Shown here: piece by piece, positions 12,240 through 24,471 of the stretch
Layout: every line of letters starts with the position of its first letter
How positions within the stretch are numbered: position 1 is the stretch's first letter
Notes under the pieces: model-generated
What the model was told of the DNA's origin: nothing
Database searches by the model: none
What the model saw: only the letters and a program-made list of their open reading frames with translations
Program-made: the position numbers and the translations under genes
Origin: Amoeboaphelidium protococcarum X5
Taxonomy: Eukaryota; Fungi; Aphelidiomycota
NCBI GenBank assembly: GCA_023515725.1
Contig: JALDTO010000098.1
Coordinates: 1,452,164-1,516,163 of the forward strand
Length of the DNA stretch: 64,000 bases
Reading direction: 5' to 3'

Positions 12240-13739
12240 ATGAATTTTAGATCCAATTGGTATTCTTTGTGTACGAGCGATAATCTTCCGGTCGGGTAAG
12301 TGGCCGGCATGAGATTGCTAGGTGATCCTATTTGTCTGTTCCGTACGGCGAAGAGCGGACGCGTTGGCTGCTTGGTTGATCGTGATGAGTCTCGTGGTGA
12401 GCAATTGAGTCTAGGACGCGTCGAAGGAGAGCACCTTCAGTCCAAATATCAAGGTTGGGAGTATGATCTGACCGGACGTGTCGTCAAGATTCCTCAGGTC
12501 ACTGACGAGGAATGCAAGACGATGAACGTGTCTGTCTACGCGTATCCTTGCTGGGAACAAGGTGGTCGCATTTGGGTGTGGCCTGGCGATAGGTCAGAGG
12601 CTAATGTCAACCTGATTCCTGATGTGTCTGCAATGGTGCCTCCGAGTGGATGGAGTCTTCTGTACAACCAACATTGGGATGCCGATATCTGTCCGCTCTT
12701 GACTGTCGAGTCCAACACCAACGTGTCTCATGGTCCGTTTGTTCATCATGGCACCGTGTCCAATCGTAAGCAGGCTTAGGTGCTACATCCTGTAAACTCT
12801 GAATTTGATCTTGGTCCAGTGCTGGGTCCTAAATTTGCTAAGTAGACTGGCTACAAGTCCCGCACAACCTTGGCTGACGGCACTACTTTTGAGTAGGTTT
12901 TGCTGCCTTCTTTCCAGGTGGCTCTGACTTAGGAGCAAAATGGGAGTCCAATGGTTCGTGTAATGATGCAGATTGTTCCAGTGAGTAAGAACCACACCCG
13001 CTTCATCACTTGTACATATGTCAAGAATGGTAGTCCATTGTAATATATCAGCAAAATTCCTGGTATGAAGTTTATCATGAAATGGGTAGCTGACAAGGGA
13101 TTTTCCCAAGATTATGAAGTTATCCGCTCCCAGATGCTGAACAGCCGCAAAGGTGTTCACTCGCTTAAGAATCCCGATGCATGCGACTACCTGACCATAG
13201 TTGTAAAGTAGATGGTGGCCGATGGGATGGCAATGAAGTATAATTGCATCAGGCAGGGCGATTATGAGCTGAAGTTGAATAGTTTCTGGTTCAGCGGATG
13301 GAAGTGCACCACCAAGACTGACGCGTTGAATGACGGCCTAGTTGTAGATCCTTTCATGGATGGCGACTACAAGCCGACACCACTGCCTGGAATCAACAGT
13401 AGTTTATACTAATTAGCACAGTTTCCAGAGAGAAATATAAAGTTACACGAAGTTTAAATAATTGAAATAAAATTAATGTTTTCCGTCTATTATATTCCTT
13501 TTTTATGTTTTCGAATGGACGCTCATATTTTATCCAATTCAGTTAGTGGTTTTAATAGTAGACGCGGGCAAAGCTTTCGAGCTGATTCGTTCGTTCATCC
13601 GTCGCCGGTTTATCCTTTAGAGCTTTCCTCTTTCCGTTTAACGGAATTGCTCAAGTTAACGCCGCTTATTATTCTAGTTGATTTACTCTTGATTTATAAT
13701 AATATTTGTCTGGAATATTAATATTATATTTTATATTGA
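12240..13739 (+). CDS. Rieske non-heme iron oxygenase (PaO/CAO/VanA-like) lacking the [2Fe-2S] ligands; protein-like sequence ends near 13454
   Basis: NWY..LLGDPICLFR..DRDESRG..LSLGRV..LQSKYQGWEYD..G..IP, then VESNTNVSHGPFVHHGT and FSQDYEV. The first in-frame TGA is 13737-13739, but the sequence after TAA 13455 looks like AT-rich UTR. Confidence 0.8.
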
Positions 13740-13754
13740 TTGTGTATGTACATT

Positions 13755-16700
13755 ATGGGAAATGGTGGTGGTGATAATGATGATGAAAATGAGCCTATGC
13801 TGACTCCATTCCAGAAGGCCAAGATGCATTTCCGAAAGATGGAAGAGGAGTAGTCGCAACCATCCTCTACATAATAATCGTCAGTTTCCTCTAGTAGTAC
13901 AAGTCTGCCTTTATCCAGATCTGGAGATCGGAGTAGATAGCGGTCTATGGGTAATTTATACACCTAATAAAGTGCTGTTTCGTAATAGCAAGATGTTACA
14001 TCTTCAAGGACCGCTCTGCCAAAAAGTGTCAGCCACGATAGTGTGACTGTGCAGAGTGCTATTAGATAACTTAAACTGGGATCACAATTTAATACAAATA
14101 CAAATTCAAGTGGTAGTGGTAGTAGTAGTGGTGGTGGAAGTAATATTAATAATAATAAGACCAATTATGCTATTGATCCATTCTCTGATGAATTTGCCGT
14201 TAGTGCATCCAACACCTCTGCCAGTAATAGTAGAAATAGTCTTCGGGTGAAGACTTCTAGTTAATTCTCTTTCAACAATAGCAAAGATGGTCTTGATAGT
14301 GGAAGTAGAGTTTAATAAAGAAAAGCTAATATTAATACCTTGAGTAGTAGTGGCGATAGCATCAATAAGCCATCTCTACCACCTCGACCGAATAATGACA
14401 GTTCTCCTATGGCCACCAGCACTTCCTAATCATCCAGTCGCAATGCTATAATTAATCGACCACCACTCCCGGCGCGTCCTAAAATATCATCTACTGAATT
14501 TCTGAATATCGTCAGTCTGCCATCCTCTGCTGCATCTTCTCCTCTAGTCGCAGGTGGTGGATAGTAAGTATTTGATATATATTCTGGATAATAATATGGA
14601 ATTGTGTCTTCCTAAGTTGCTAGTAATGTTAGTAATAAATCCAGTGGGGTGACTTAAAGTTATAAAAGCTCTTTAGAAAAGACGGCCGCATATCCGGATG
14701 CTTTTAATGCCAATAGAAAGGCTCCCTATGTTAGGACGCCGTCATGTATCAAAGAGCTGAGTGTTAAAGGTTCCCCGTACCGCGCGGCAATTGGTCGAGG
14801 ATATTTAGCCGTTGTTTCACAGACACTAAAGTTATACAATTTGCAGACTGGAGATTTGGCTTTCACAGTCTAGCTTAATGTTTAGTCGTCATCATCTTCT
14901 AATCAATCCTCATCTCTGGTATCATCTTCCAATTAAGGCAGTTCATCATCATAGTCAAAGCAGCAGGAGGCGGCTAAATGTTCCGCTCTGTGCTTCGCCA
15001 CAGTTCCAATTCTACCTGGACATTCTGGATCTCAGTTGAATGCATGGGATACTGAATATCGATACCTGTGGGTAGGTGCTCGTGATGGTGAAGTTTACAT
15101 TGTGGATGTATTCAGTGGAGAGATTGTGGAGCGGCGGTCAAGTGCTCACTCTCATGCAATTACATTTATTGAGCGCGTGGTGTTTGCTAGCAGTAGTAAT
15201 AATTGCTAGAGCTGTGGTATGTTGACTATTGATGATAATGGGGTGGCTTAATTGTGGACTGAGCCTCATCCATCTTCCGTCTAATTGTTTAATATTCCGG
15301 CACTGTAAGCAGCAGCCACGTCGACTTCATAGTCATCTGCAAAGACTATTCATATTGGAAAGATTATCAGCTTGGAAGGTCGCCCTAAAACTATTCGTAT
15401 TGCGCCGAAATAGGCTGGTGTTTGTATTGTTTAATCGTAGAATTAAGATTCTTTGTAGTCTTAGACTCAATTATGGACCATTAAAGATCGTTCTATTGAA
15501 ATTGTACCTCTTTCCACTGCCAATGCTCACTAATTTAGTAGAGAGTCCATGTCTAAGCGTATTGAAGTTCCTTAAACGGTCGGTGCTCTCACCTGCATCT
15601 CCTTTCCTTAATAGACTTTGTCGTTATAATAATAATCCTCACCATCGTAGCAATCAAATCCTTGCAGAGTTTATACAGGTCATATTGATGGTAAAATTTT
15701 GGAATGGTCAACCACTAACTCTGAATAGTAGTAGCAAGTAGCGATTCGACTTATTGACATGGGATCTTACAGAATATCAGCCTTACTGAATACCATTGAT
15801 GGTCATCTCTGGGTTGGTACCGGAACTGGTCGATGCTCCATCCTCGATGTGTCTACCACCACTCAATAGGATTCTGGATAATCTTCTGTCACTTGTTTGA
15901 AAGATTGGATTGCTTCTCATGGACACGCTGTTGAGAGTTTTGAAGTTGATTTTGACTCTATAATTCGTGGCGATTCTCTTCTCGTGAGCTCTTGCTCAAA
16001 GGATGGTCATGTCTAGTTTTACGATGGTCTACTCAGTTAAGATTATGAAGACATGTTTGTCAGGATGAGGGAATAGCAATTCTGTACTTATACTCCATTA
16101 TCACTTCTAATGTGCTCCTGGAATATTGATGCTAATAAGCCTGATGCTCTAGAAGTAAGGGGCGAGGATGCATACTTTCTTGATAAGTACGTCAATTAGG
16201 TGGAAGGTGGTGCGGATATAATTGTTTTTGGATTCCAAGAGATTGTGGACTTGGAGAGCACCAAAGTTGCTGCAGGTGGATTTTTCTCCCGAGCGTCTGG
16301 TAAAAAGGCCACGGCGGATCAAGTGCAATCAATGTCTGCAGAAGAAGCTAGTCAGCAAGCCAGTCGGGCAACTGCGTGGAAGGATAGGCTTGTGCGATTA
16401 CTTCGTTAGAATTACAAGCGACCTTATCATATGTTAGAATGCAAGAATCTGGTGGGGCTGTTCACATGTATCTTTGTTCGAGAAGATTTACACTCGCGGA
16501 ATCTCATTTCGAATGTCAGTTGCAGTCTAATTAGTACCGGTCTTGGTGGTACTTTTGGTAATAAAGGTGGTATAGTGGTACGATTTGTCCTTGATCATTC
16601 TTCCTTCTGCTTCGTCAATGCTCATCTCCCCGCTCATTAGAATAAAGTGGCAAAACGTAACGTTGATGCGCTGACTATTGTGAAATCATCTACTTTGGGT

Positions 16701-17414
16701 GAAGTAAAGTCCAAGGCTGGTTAGTCGTTGGAGTTATGTCTTTCGCATGGTGGAAATGGATGTCAGGCTTTGGATCATGAATTTTGCTTCTTTGCTGGAG
16801 ATCTTAATTATAGAATTGATATGGATCGAGACAAGGTGGTGTAATTGATTAATGATGGATAGTTAGAGGAATTGAAGTTACATGATTAGTTATTACGATA
16901 GAAAAAGTAATCAAGTACCGCTTCTCTATTGAAAATTTTTGATGAAGGTGTAATTAACTTTGCGCCCACTTACAAGTATGATCCTGGAACTGATATTTAT
17001 GACACTAGTGAGAAGAAGCGTGTACCTGCCTGGTGCGACCGTATTCTTTTCAGAGACAGTATCTCATAAATGTCTAAAGTCAGGCCTGATGTTAATTGTC
17101 GAATGCACAGCCAGGAGTCAAAGATACGGCAAGAGAAGTATGGTCGATTGGAATGCTGGATATCTGATCACAGGCCTATATATTCATCCTTTAATGTTCA
17201 CTATCGATCTATGCAGTCTGTTGAAAAGTTTAATTTTGTCTAATTAGAATCTCAACAATATTCCGTGGACCGAATGGCTGAAATCTAATCGCACTGTAAA
17301 TTGAATTGGCTCAAGTGTCGTCTGCCTAACAATGTCACTGAATCAGATGTTCGACGAGTATTGCAAAGTTGTAATGGTGATTTGGGCGAAGTGTTGCGTA
17401 AGTTTGAATAATGA
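13755..17414 (+). CDS. Inositol polyphosphate 5-phosphatase with disordered N-terminus and beta-propeller-like region, 1219 aa
   Basis: [51 protein letters not shown]. Confidence 0.92.
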
Positions 17415-17486
17415 TTAGTTATTATTTGTTATGATAGACTCAGTGTGTATACAACTTATAATTTTTATATTATTTCACATAGTTAG

Positions 17487-18578
17487 TCAAGCCCTTTCAA
17501 TAAAAGTATCAGATATCCATGTTATCTGCTAGAGATACTTCTCCTTGACGGCGCTTTCTTGCTTATTCTGCTCGCGTTCAATCAGTTTCAGACGCGTCTC
17601 CAGCTTATTCATTGTATAACTAGCGTATTACTAGATTTTGATCTGTTCAAATGCAGTTGGCTCAATGACACTAAATGATATACCACGTTTGATCATCTAC
17701 AGAATGTTCATGTCCTCCAAAGACAACTCCTTTATTAAGAAATGATATTCCCTTTTCTTCAGTACAGCTTTATCCCTCCTCTTACTTTTAGATGAAGATT
17801 CTGAATTTGCAGCTGTATTCTTCGAGGTGGCAGAACTCTTGCGTCGCCGAGGCATCTCAGTGGTAGTAGGAGCAAATCGCCAGTTATGATACGCAATTAA
17901 TGGATACTCATCAGGATGAACTAATCGCAGAATTCGCCGCCGAGTAATTGTTGAGTACTTTCTTTATTTCTGTGGTGTTTGATACTCATCGCCCAGTTTC
18001 AAAGACATCTCTCTCTGCTTCTCCTCAACGAAAGCACATTCATAAAGTCCAAACACGTCATAGTTGTACAGATCAACACCCGTGCATTTTAAGACATTCT
18101 TCACGGTATCACGGCAGGTCATTCGATAATCGATAGTATCAACAATTTCCACTGTGGCAATGTCGGCATCTTGTACTTGTAACGTGGCCATTTGAGAATT
18201 TCTCCGCTCAGAATTCGTGCTTTCCGACGCGGTATCATTATTGCTGTCTTTGTCATCACCTGCCAAGCATTCTCCTCTGGTATCCATTCCAAAAGTTATA
18301 GTGTCTGGATGCTGCACATAAAACTTGATGTTCATCAATAATAGATTAGATTCCTGATCATGCCTAGTTTAGTTGTTTTCCATAGCAGTATTGAGGATAT
18401 TGATGTTCTGTCCATTATCACTTCTATTTCTCTGTCGCGCCATTGGAGTCTGTTGAGACGGTTGATGTTGTTGTTGTTTCACCTCAGATTGTTTCATCTT
18501 TGGCGAAGACGCTTTCACTGACGATTATTAGGTTAAATAAGTGGCCATGAAATCATCCATACTTTCATTAGTAGACAT
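17487..18578 (-). CDS. RASSF-like protein (putative Ras-association plus SARAH domains), 363 aa
   Basis: FGLYE...RLVHPDEYPLI is RA-like. The C-terminal QQYASYTMNKLETRLKLIEREQNKQESAVKEKY has a SARAH-type coiled-coil pattern. Confidence 0.55.
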
Positions 18579-18691
18579 TATTGTGGTATGATTTTGCTGT
18601 GCAGTAATGTCTAATCTCTTCACTTGAAAGAAATTGCATTCAGCCTCAATGGCCAAAGCACCATTTGATCTGATTACTCTGATTGGATCAT

Positions 18692-19006
18692 GGGCGCACC
18701 CGACACCGTACGCCCTATCCTGGAGCCTTCCTTTACCTCGTAGGCTCACCCCTACTAGCTGATCGCTAGACAAAATCTACAGTGACCAAGCCGAATCCAG
18801 AGGCCTTGGGTGCAGTCTTTAAGGGTGAGCACTAAGCATCTGGTATGCCATTACGAGTAAACCCTTATCTGCACGAGTAACCGGTGCAGAGAGCTAAAGG
18901 CTAGAGCCACCGGTAAAGGAGTCTCCGACGAGTTCCCAATCGTCTACGGGGAAGCGAACATTAGTACCTGCCGACAGATTAATCGATTAGGGGTACCTAC
19001 CTCCCC
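18692..19006 (-). ncRNA. Candidate structured non-coding RNA B (about 315 nt, family unknown)
   Basis: About eight hairpins plus a long-range helix centred on TCCTTTACC (18729-18737) and GGTAAAGGA (18912-18920). G-U bias favours the minus strand. Confidence 0.5.
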
Positions 19007-19593
19007 GGTTATGAACAATGTAATATATTATAACATAAGTATCATTCAGAGTAGAGATGCAGCGCAATTATCAGATGTGGGGAGGCCAACAGCCGTGGAT
19101 TGGATCAGAGTGATTGCTCACTTAACTCGCATTTTTCAGTCAGCATATCAAGGAGCCCAGAGAGAAATTGTGCCAATAATACACCATCTCAGAGCGCCGC
19201 ATATAAGTCGTGCTATAGAGGACTCATATAAAATACGCCAGAATGCTGAGGAGTTTAAAAAGTGACTACTACAGTTACGGTATAGATAATATGAATTATG
19301 TTGAGATAGGAAAAAGTATTGTACTTACACAAATCTGCAGCAGTCATGTCATCATCAGACGCCAATTCATAACTAAGCTCCTTTATTTCATATAAAGATT
19401 CCATTTAATGCTTGTAGCGCTAGGCTCCATAGGGACATCCGAAAGAGGTGTATTATTAGTAAAACTCATTATATTACAACGCTATTCACAATCAAGAAGA
19501 GAAGATTAACACCCCAAACCAGCCTTTTATGCACAACAACAGCTCAGACTTGAGTCACTGATCTCACACCTGTGACATGCTGAACAACACAAA

Positions 19594-19611
19594 AGAGAGA
19601 GAGAGAGAGAG
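19594..19611. repeat. (AG)9 microsatellite
   Basis: Directly visible. Confidence 0.9.
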
Positions 19612-19756
19612 TCTAGAATACGAATTCATACCACTACTGCATCACCTCATCGCATCTAATCAGTTTGCACCGTCACGGTGACACGTAATCCCTACGACTT
19701 ATGACTGTCCCCGATGAACTTCCAGGCGTCTTTTAACTTTAAAGTGGTCATTTACA

Positions 19757-20023
19757 ATGCCGCCCAAACGAAAAAGATAGATTAACGTTGGAAAGGCAAA
19801 AACCATACCAAAGGCATCTGAAGCTCTGGTGGATAAGGTCAAAGCTTGCTTTGAAAGCTAGGATATTGATCCGGAGCTTTACTATGATGCCTAGAAAATT
19901 GCAGACATTATTAGCGGATCCTTTACTGAAGCTACCGCGGAAAGTGAGACTGCTGTATTTGATCGCATGATAGAATACTAATTGTTTGAATGTGCTCAAG
20001 TTAATCGCTAGCATTTAGACTGA
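19757..20023 (+). CDS. Small hypothetical protein, 88 aa, with an NLS-like N-terminus
   Basis: MPPKRKRQINVGKAK... to TGA under table 6; no domain recognised. Confidence 0.35.
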
Positions 20024-21431
20024 ACTTGAACCTGGAACAAAGAGCGGAAGCAGAACCAGTCAGGAAGTCTTCAAGAATTAAGCAATAACGTAAGAAATGA
20101 AATAATAATAAGATATTAATAAATTTTATAAGCAGCTATTCCACAAGACTGACTGTCCGCCTGATTACTCTGAGATTTTCTTTCAGCCGCACTTGCAGCA
20201 AAAAGGATATGATGATCATCTTTATAAAATCAGCAAGCACAGTCCACTTTGGTGATCCGGAATCTAAATAGCTCTTTTGTGCATCCAACTTGCATCATGT
20301 CACGTTAATTCCTCTTCTTTTACCGCATATTTCTTACAACTTGACACATTACTCATAATTGCACTTTCGCATATATCTAATTTTATGCCAGTCAGGCCCT
20401 TCGCTATAACACCTGACTCTCTTATGACTGCTACAGAAATCCACGGCAAAATCAGCTTTCCTTGTAAGACGCATATCTATTCATGATAATCAGAATTACA
20501 GCTCCTAAATTTTCCGTGCAAGCGTGCAGACATTAGTACTGTTAGTTACGATTGACACCAGTTTACTACCAGCTGACATTTCTTAGCTCACAAAGCAAAT
20601 GACTTGACCACATTAAAGTAATCATAAATCTTGCCATTGGTATCAAATAATTTGCATAATAATAGTTTACGGACCGGCTTGACGATAATAAAGTTCACAG
20701 TATGATCAGATCTCATAATTGGCCCTACCGATTGAAAGCAAATGGTTCTACTAAGTCATAGCATAATCTTCATAGTCTAGCTAACTCAAAGATTTATAAT
20801 CTCTTTTCAAATACTTTCGATCACTTAAGCACTATAAAGGTGCGTAGCTTACTCAGCAACAGTTCGTAATAAATGTCTCCAAACGCAACAGAATTTACAA
20901 CATTGAAAGCAACATGCCGCAGCGCAATCACAATCATACCCAAGTATTACCAAATCTTTTAATATTGCTATAAGTGATAATAGGTAAATAAACTCTATAC
21001 TCCAGATTCATCTAAAAAGGCTGAGCAGATATCCCATTAAGTAAGTTGACAAAGTACAACATTGTTTCGGAGTCGACATCTTTGCAGTTGCTCCTTTTAT
21101 GGCTGTTCACTCACTCCCTGTCTTGAGCCCAGCATACTCTAGTGCCACAGCAAATACAATTGCCGAAGTTACCATCGTAGCCCTTTATACACTCAAAGAT
21201 ATATATAAAATAGTGTCGTAATTTTCGCAGACGCTTGTTTTGTATTGAGAAAAACAAACTCAAGTCTAACGATGAACTTAAATGCTTTAATTTAGTTTAA
21301 CAAATCATGCATTTACCACCGAATTAGTACACGATTTAGACATATGCCGTTATATGAATACGCGCTAATGAGAGTTCACCAATGTTGGTCGCGATTTAGG
21401 CAATTTTACACACAAAGGTACACACTAGGCA

Positions 21432-22215
21432 TCAACAGCGAAATATAAGCAGTACGCATAGGCGTCGAAAAAAGCCCAAAGCACTTGACATAAAGCTCGT
21501 CAATCTCTTTTCGAAGTAGCTAATAACTCGAAATGCAGATTTAAAGGTCCTCATTTCGTGCCGCTGGGTACGTCTATGCTCACAGACTATCACTGCGTAA
21601 AATTGAAAAAGATAAACGAATATTAAGTAGCATATATATTTAAGACGACACGGATGCAAATTGGTATAGTTAATTGAAAAAGTCACCATTCCTTGCGCAT
21701 CTACGTTTGATATGCGAAAATATGGTTCTTGATTACCCCTTTTAAAAGAGGTTTCCAGTTTGGGATCAGCTTTCGCGCACCAACGGGCAGCATTCTCCAA
21801 TTACTTACCACGAAGAGGCGAAACTTGTTACAGAGCAGTCAGAACAACGGAGTAATTAGTGTATTCCAGGAATAGTCTTTGGACATCCATGTCTTTTCTT
21901 CGGAATAGCTCCACCTAATTCACAAGGAGGTCCTCCCACTTCTCCAAGTCATGTTCATTAAGCAGTTTGGAAGCAAAATCCTTGACAGGAGGAAAAGAAG
22001 ATGAGGTCATCTGCCACCAATTGCCCGGTGTAGGTGCCCACCCGATCAAGCAGCGCGCCTTTCAAAATCAGGTAGTAATCTCTTGTCACCCGACGCTTGA
22101 TTTTGTTCCGCTGAATGGCATCTGATACGCTGCGAGATATCGTATCGCGATCAAATCCACCCAATTCACGCGCCCAGTGGGTTATTTTTTTGCGTTCAGC
22201 TTTGCCAGATTCCAT
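21432..22215 (-). pseudogene. Frameshifted ORF remnant downstream of the decayed Fanzor
   Basis: Protein-like segments (MESGKAERKK..., ...ENAARWCAKADPKL...) lie in different frames separated by TGA; family not recognised. Confidence 0.3.
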
Positions 22216-22303
22216 ATTGGGGGAGGGGGTGTTTCAACGTTGGATTAAGAGAGCAAGATAAAATAACGAATGACTTTGAATTATGTGATTTGTTAACGAA
22301 AAT

Positions 22304-22406
22304 GGAGTATCGCCGCCACGTTGCTCAGGGCATAATGATCATAATACGCGTTAACTGGCGATGTTGACCAATACCTCGATCCATTTGATATCTAATATCA
22401 AGGATG
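22304..22406 (-). ncRNA. Putative omega-RNA remnant of the decayed Fanzor
   Basis: On the minus strand: hairpin ATCC-TTGATAT-tag-ATATCAA-at-GGAT, then nested stems GAGGTATTG/CGATACTC, TCGCCA/TGGCGG and GCGTA/TATGC, just 3' of the Fanzor stop. Confidence 0.4.
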
Positions 22407-22467
22407 CTTTCAAGTTAAAATCGATTTGATATGAATAGACATAAGTATTATTCAAAGCCATTCAATT

Positions 22468-24471
22468 TCAAATGTTGAGAAAATGCCTGGGAAATTATCC
22501 ATTCATCATCATCATATGAAGTCCAATATACAAAATATTTGCTGCGGCATTAGTGTCGCCATTCCTTTGATGATCTATATTTCCAATACAGACAAATTAA
22601 TCATGAGGACGTGGATATCTCGTCCCAATGCAAAAACATAGACTACACCTCTGACCGGAGTATGGCTTAGGAGTCAGAGCAACTATGGCGTACTTGTTTA
22701 GAAGTCTTCTGAATTCTACCAGAGGTGGCAACCTTTTTCTCCCAAAACCTACAAATTCGTGATCTGCAGCGGCGCCAAAAAAACACAACTTACTTGTCTC
22801 TTGTCGCCTCGTCTAGAACGTGCACCCCAAAGTCTGTCTTTACTACTTCCAGCAACTAGTCGCGTCTCCTCAGCCAAGATTGAAATCGTGTCTCTCGCCT
22901 TTCCCTTTGAAGAACCAAGTCTACTGCAGCAAGAGTTTGACTCAAATAGGCCTAACAGTATTACACTATCGCTCCAAATTTACCGTCCGTCTCGTTACAC
23001 CGGCCGGTAAACTCAACACTGGTGGTGATGCTAGTGCAACATCATGTTACCCAAGATTGCGGACTCTCATAACTCAAAGCTCTCTACGCTGATTCAACTC
23101 ATTGAACTGATCCAATGGTGTCTAATCCGCCTTCTAATACTCAAAGCCAGCAAGCGCCACTGCCACCCGTATTACAGGATCAATAGCCAAATACTTTGTC
23201 CCCCAGGCTTAAGGCAAGCGTGTGAAGTCAGGATTGTCCAAACGGTTGGGCTACAATGCTGGCTATAGTTCTTCTTGAGGAAGCTCGACGCCATTCTCAT
23301 CCATTAAATCTTCATTACCATCCTCAAACTTCTACAACATGTTATCACCAGCGGCAATAATCTCCTCAATGAGAAACTATTGCAATTAACCTTCACCAAT
23401 GACTTCTCTGTGATTGCCAGCGCCGATGATAAAACTGACCGAGTGCATGTCAGTAACCATATGACCGGTGAATTTGGCCTAGAAGCTTCTAGTGTAAAAA
23501 ACTTCGGATGCCCACCCACATCTCCGCAACACCGGTTCCTCATCACATCTTCTGAACATTGCGTCCGTCAGCTTGATGTGATGAGGTGCGACATTAAATT
23601 GCGGCAGTAGAAAAGGTAATGAGACAGTCTAAGCACTTTCGTGCGCCAAGTCTTCAACATGCCACAACATGCAATAGGCTAGCACGATATACTAGTCAAA
23701 GTTGTCAGTTGTTACACGGCGTAAGGCACCAAAATCATTGTACATTTATCTTAGCAACCAACGAGCCTTCTGCTATATACTCAAAACACGTTATCGCAGT
23801 TACTACTTTTATGCCAAAGGAGTATCAGCCGGGACGCAGCGGTATAGAAACTGCCAGCTTACATTTACATTCTCATGCTTTTGTAGCAAACTAACCATCT
23901 CCTTTACAAGCTTATTTCGGTCTAGAGTTTCATACTAGCACTCCACGCGCAGCAAGTAGCCTACAAAGCATGATAAAATCTTGAGAAAATTTGCCTGGAC
24001 ATGATTGTGCAGATGTGTGAAGTACTCAAATGCGATTTACGGCAAAAAATGAGCCATCATATCGTTGTGCGGAATTTCAAGCTAAGATGGTATAATGACG
24101 CGTTGTTCGAACTCTCTCAACTTGGTATTTACATCAAGATAATCCGGACCAGTTGTATTATAATCTAGGCCATTATCAATAGGACTACCTCTGAAAGGAC
24201 GCATCATTGTTTCAATCGAATTTTGACTCAAATGTAGAAACTGAGTATCCAACTATACTACACCTTCACCATGTTGGAATATCTGCAACATTTAATTATA
24301 AGCATCAGACTATTACAATTTGGATACCAAATAATATTTGATGAACAAAGACGATACTACTCTAACCACTATGGAATCTTTGTGCAATCTATTCAGCCTC
24401 TGACGCAACTCATCACCGCCGATCCAAAAGTCATTAAAGCTCTCTTTGATACAAACGAAGTTGTCGGCCAT
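22468..24471 (-). pseudogene. Second Fanzor1, decayed (in-frame TGA, two frameshifts, RuvC-II E replaced by K)
   Basis: MADNFVCIKES..., HNHVQANF, LLPQFNVAPHHIKL, FTGHMVTDMHSVSF, YLAIDPV, RRETRFQSW, VVFFGAA, VALTPKPYSGQRCSLC, NGDTNAAANIL. TGA at 23074-23076; frameshifts near 22970 and at the A7 run near 22780. Confidence 0.8.

Noticed and set aside
13964-14250. Hydrophobic poly-Val/Leu ORFs in the track
   Set aside because: Off-frame or antisense readings of Ser/Asn/Gly-rich codons in the 5-phosphatase.
18692-19006. Assignment to RNase P/MRP, SRP, U snRNA, HEARO or group I intron
   Set aside because: Diagnostic conserved motifs were not found by eye; left unassigned.
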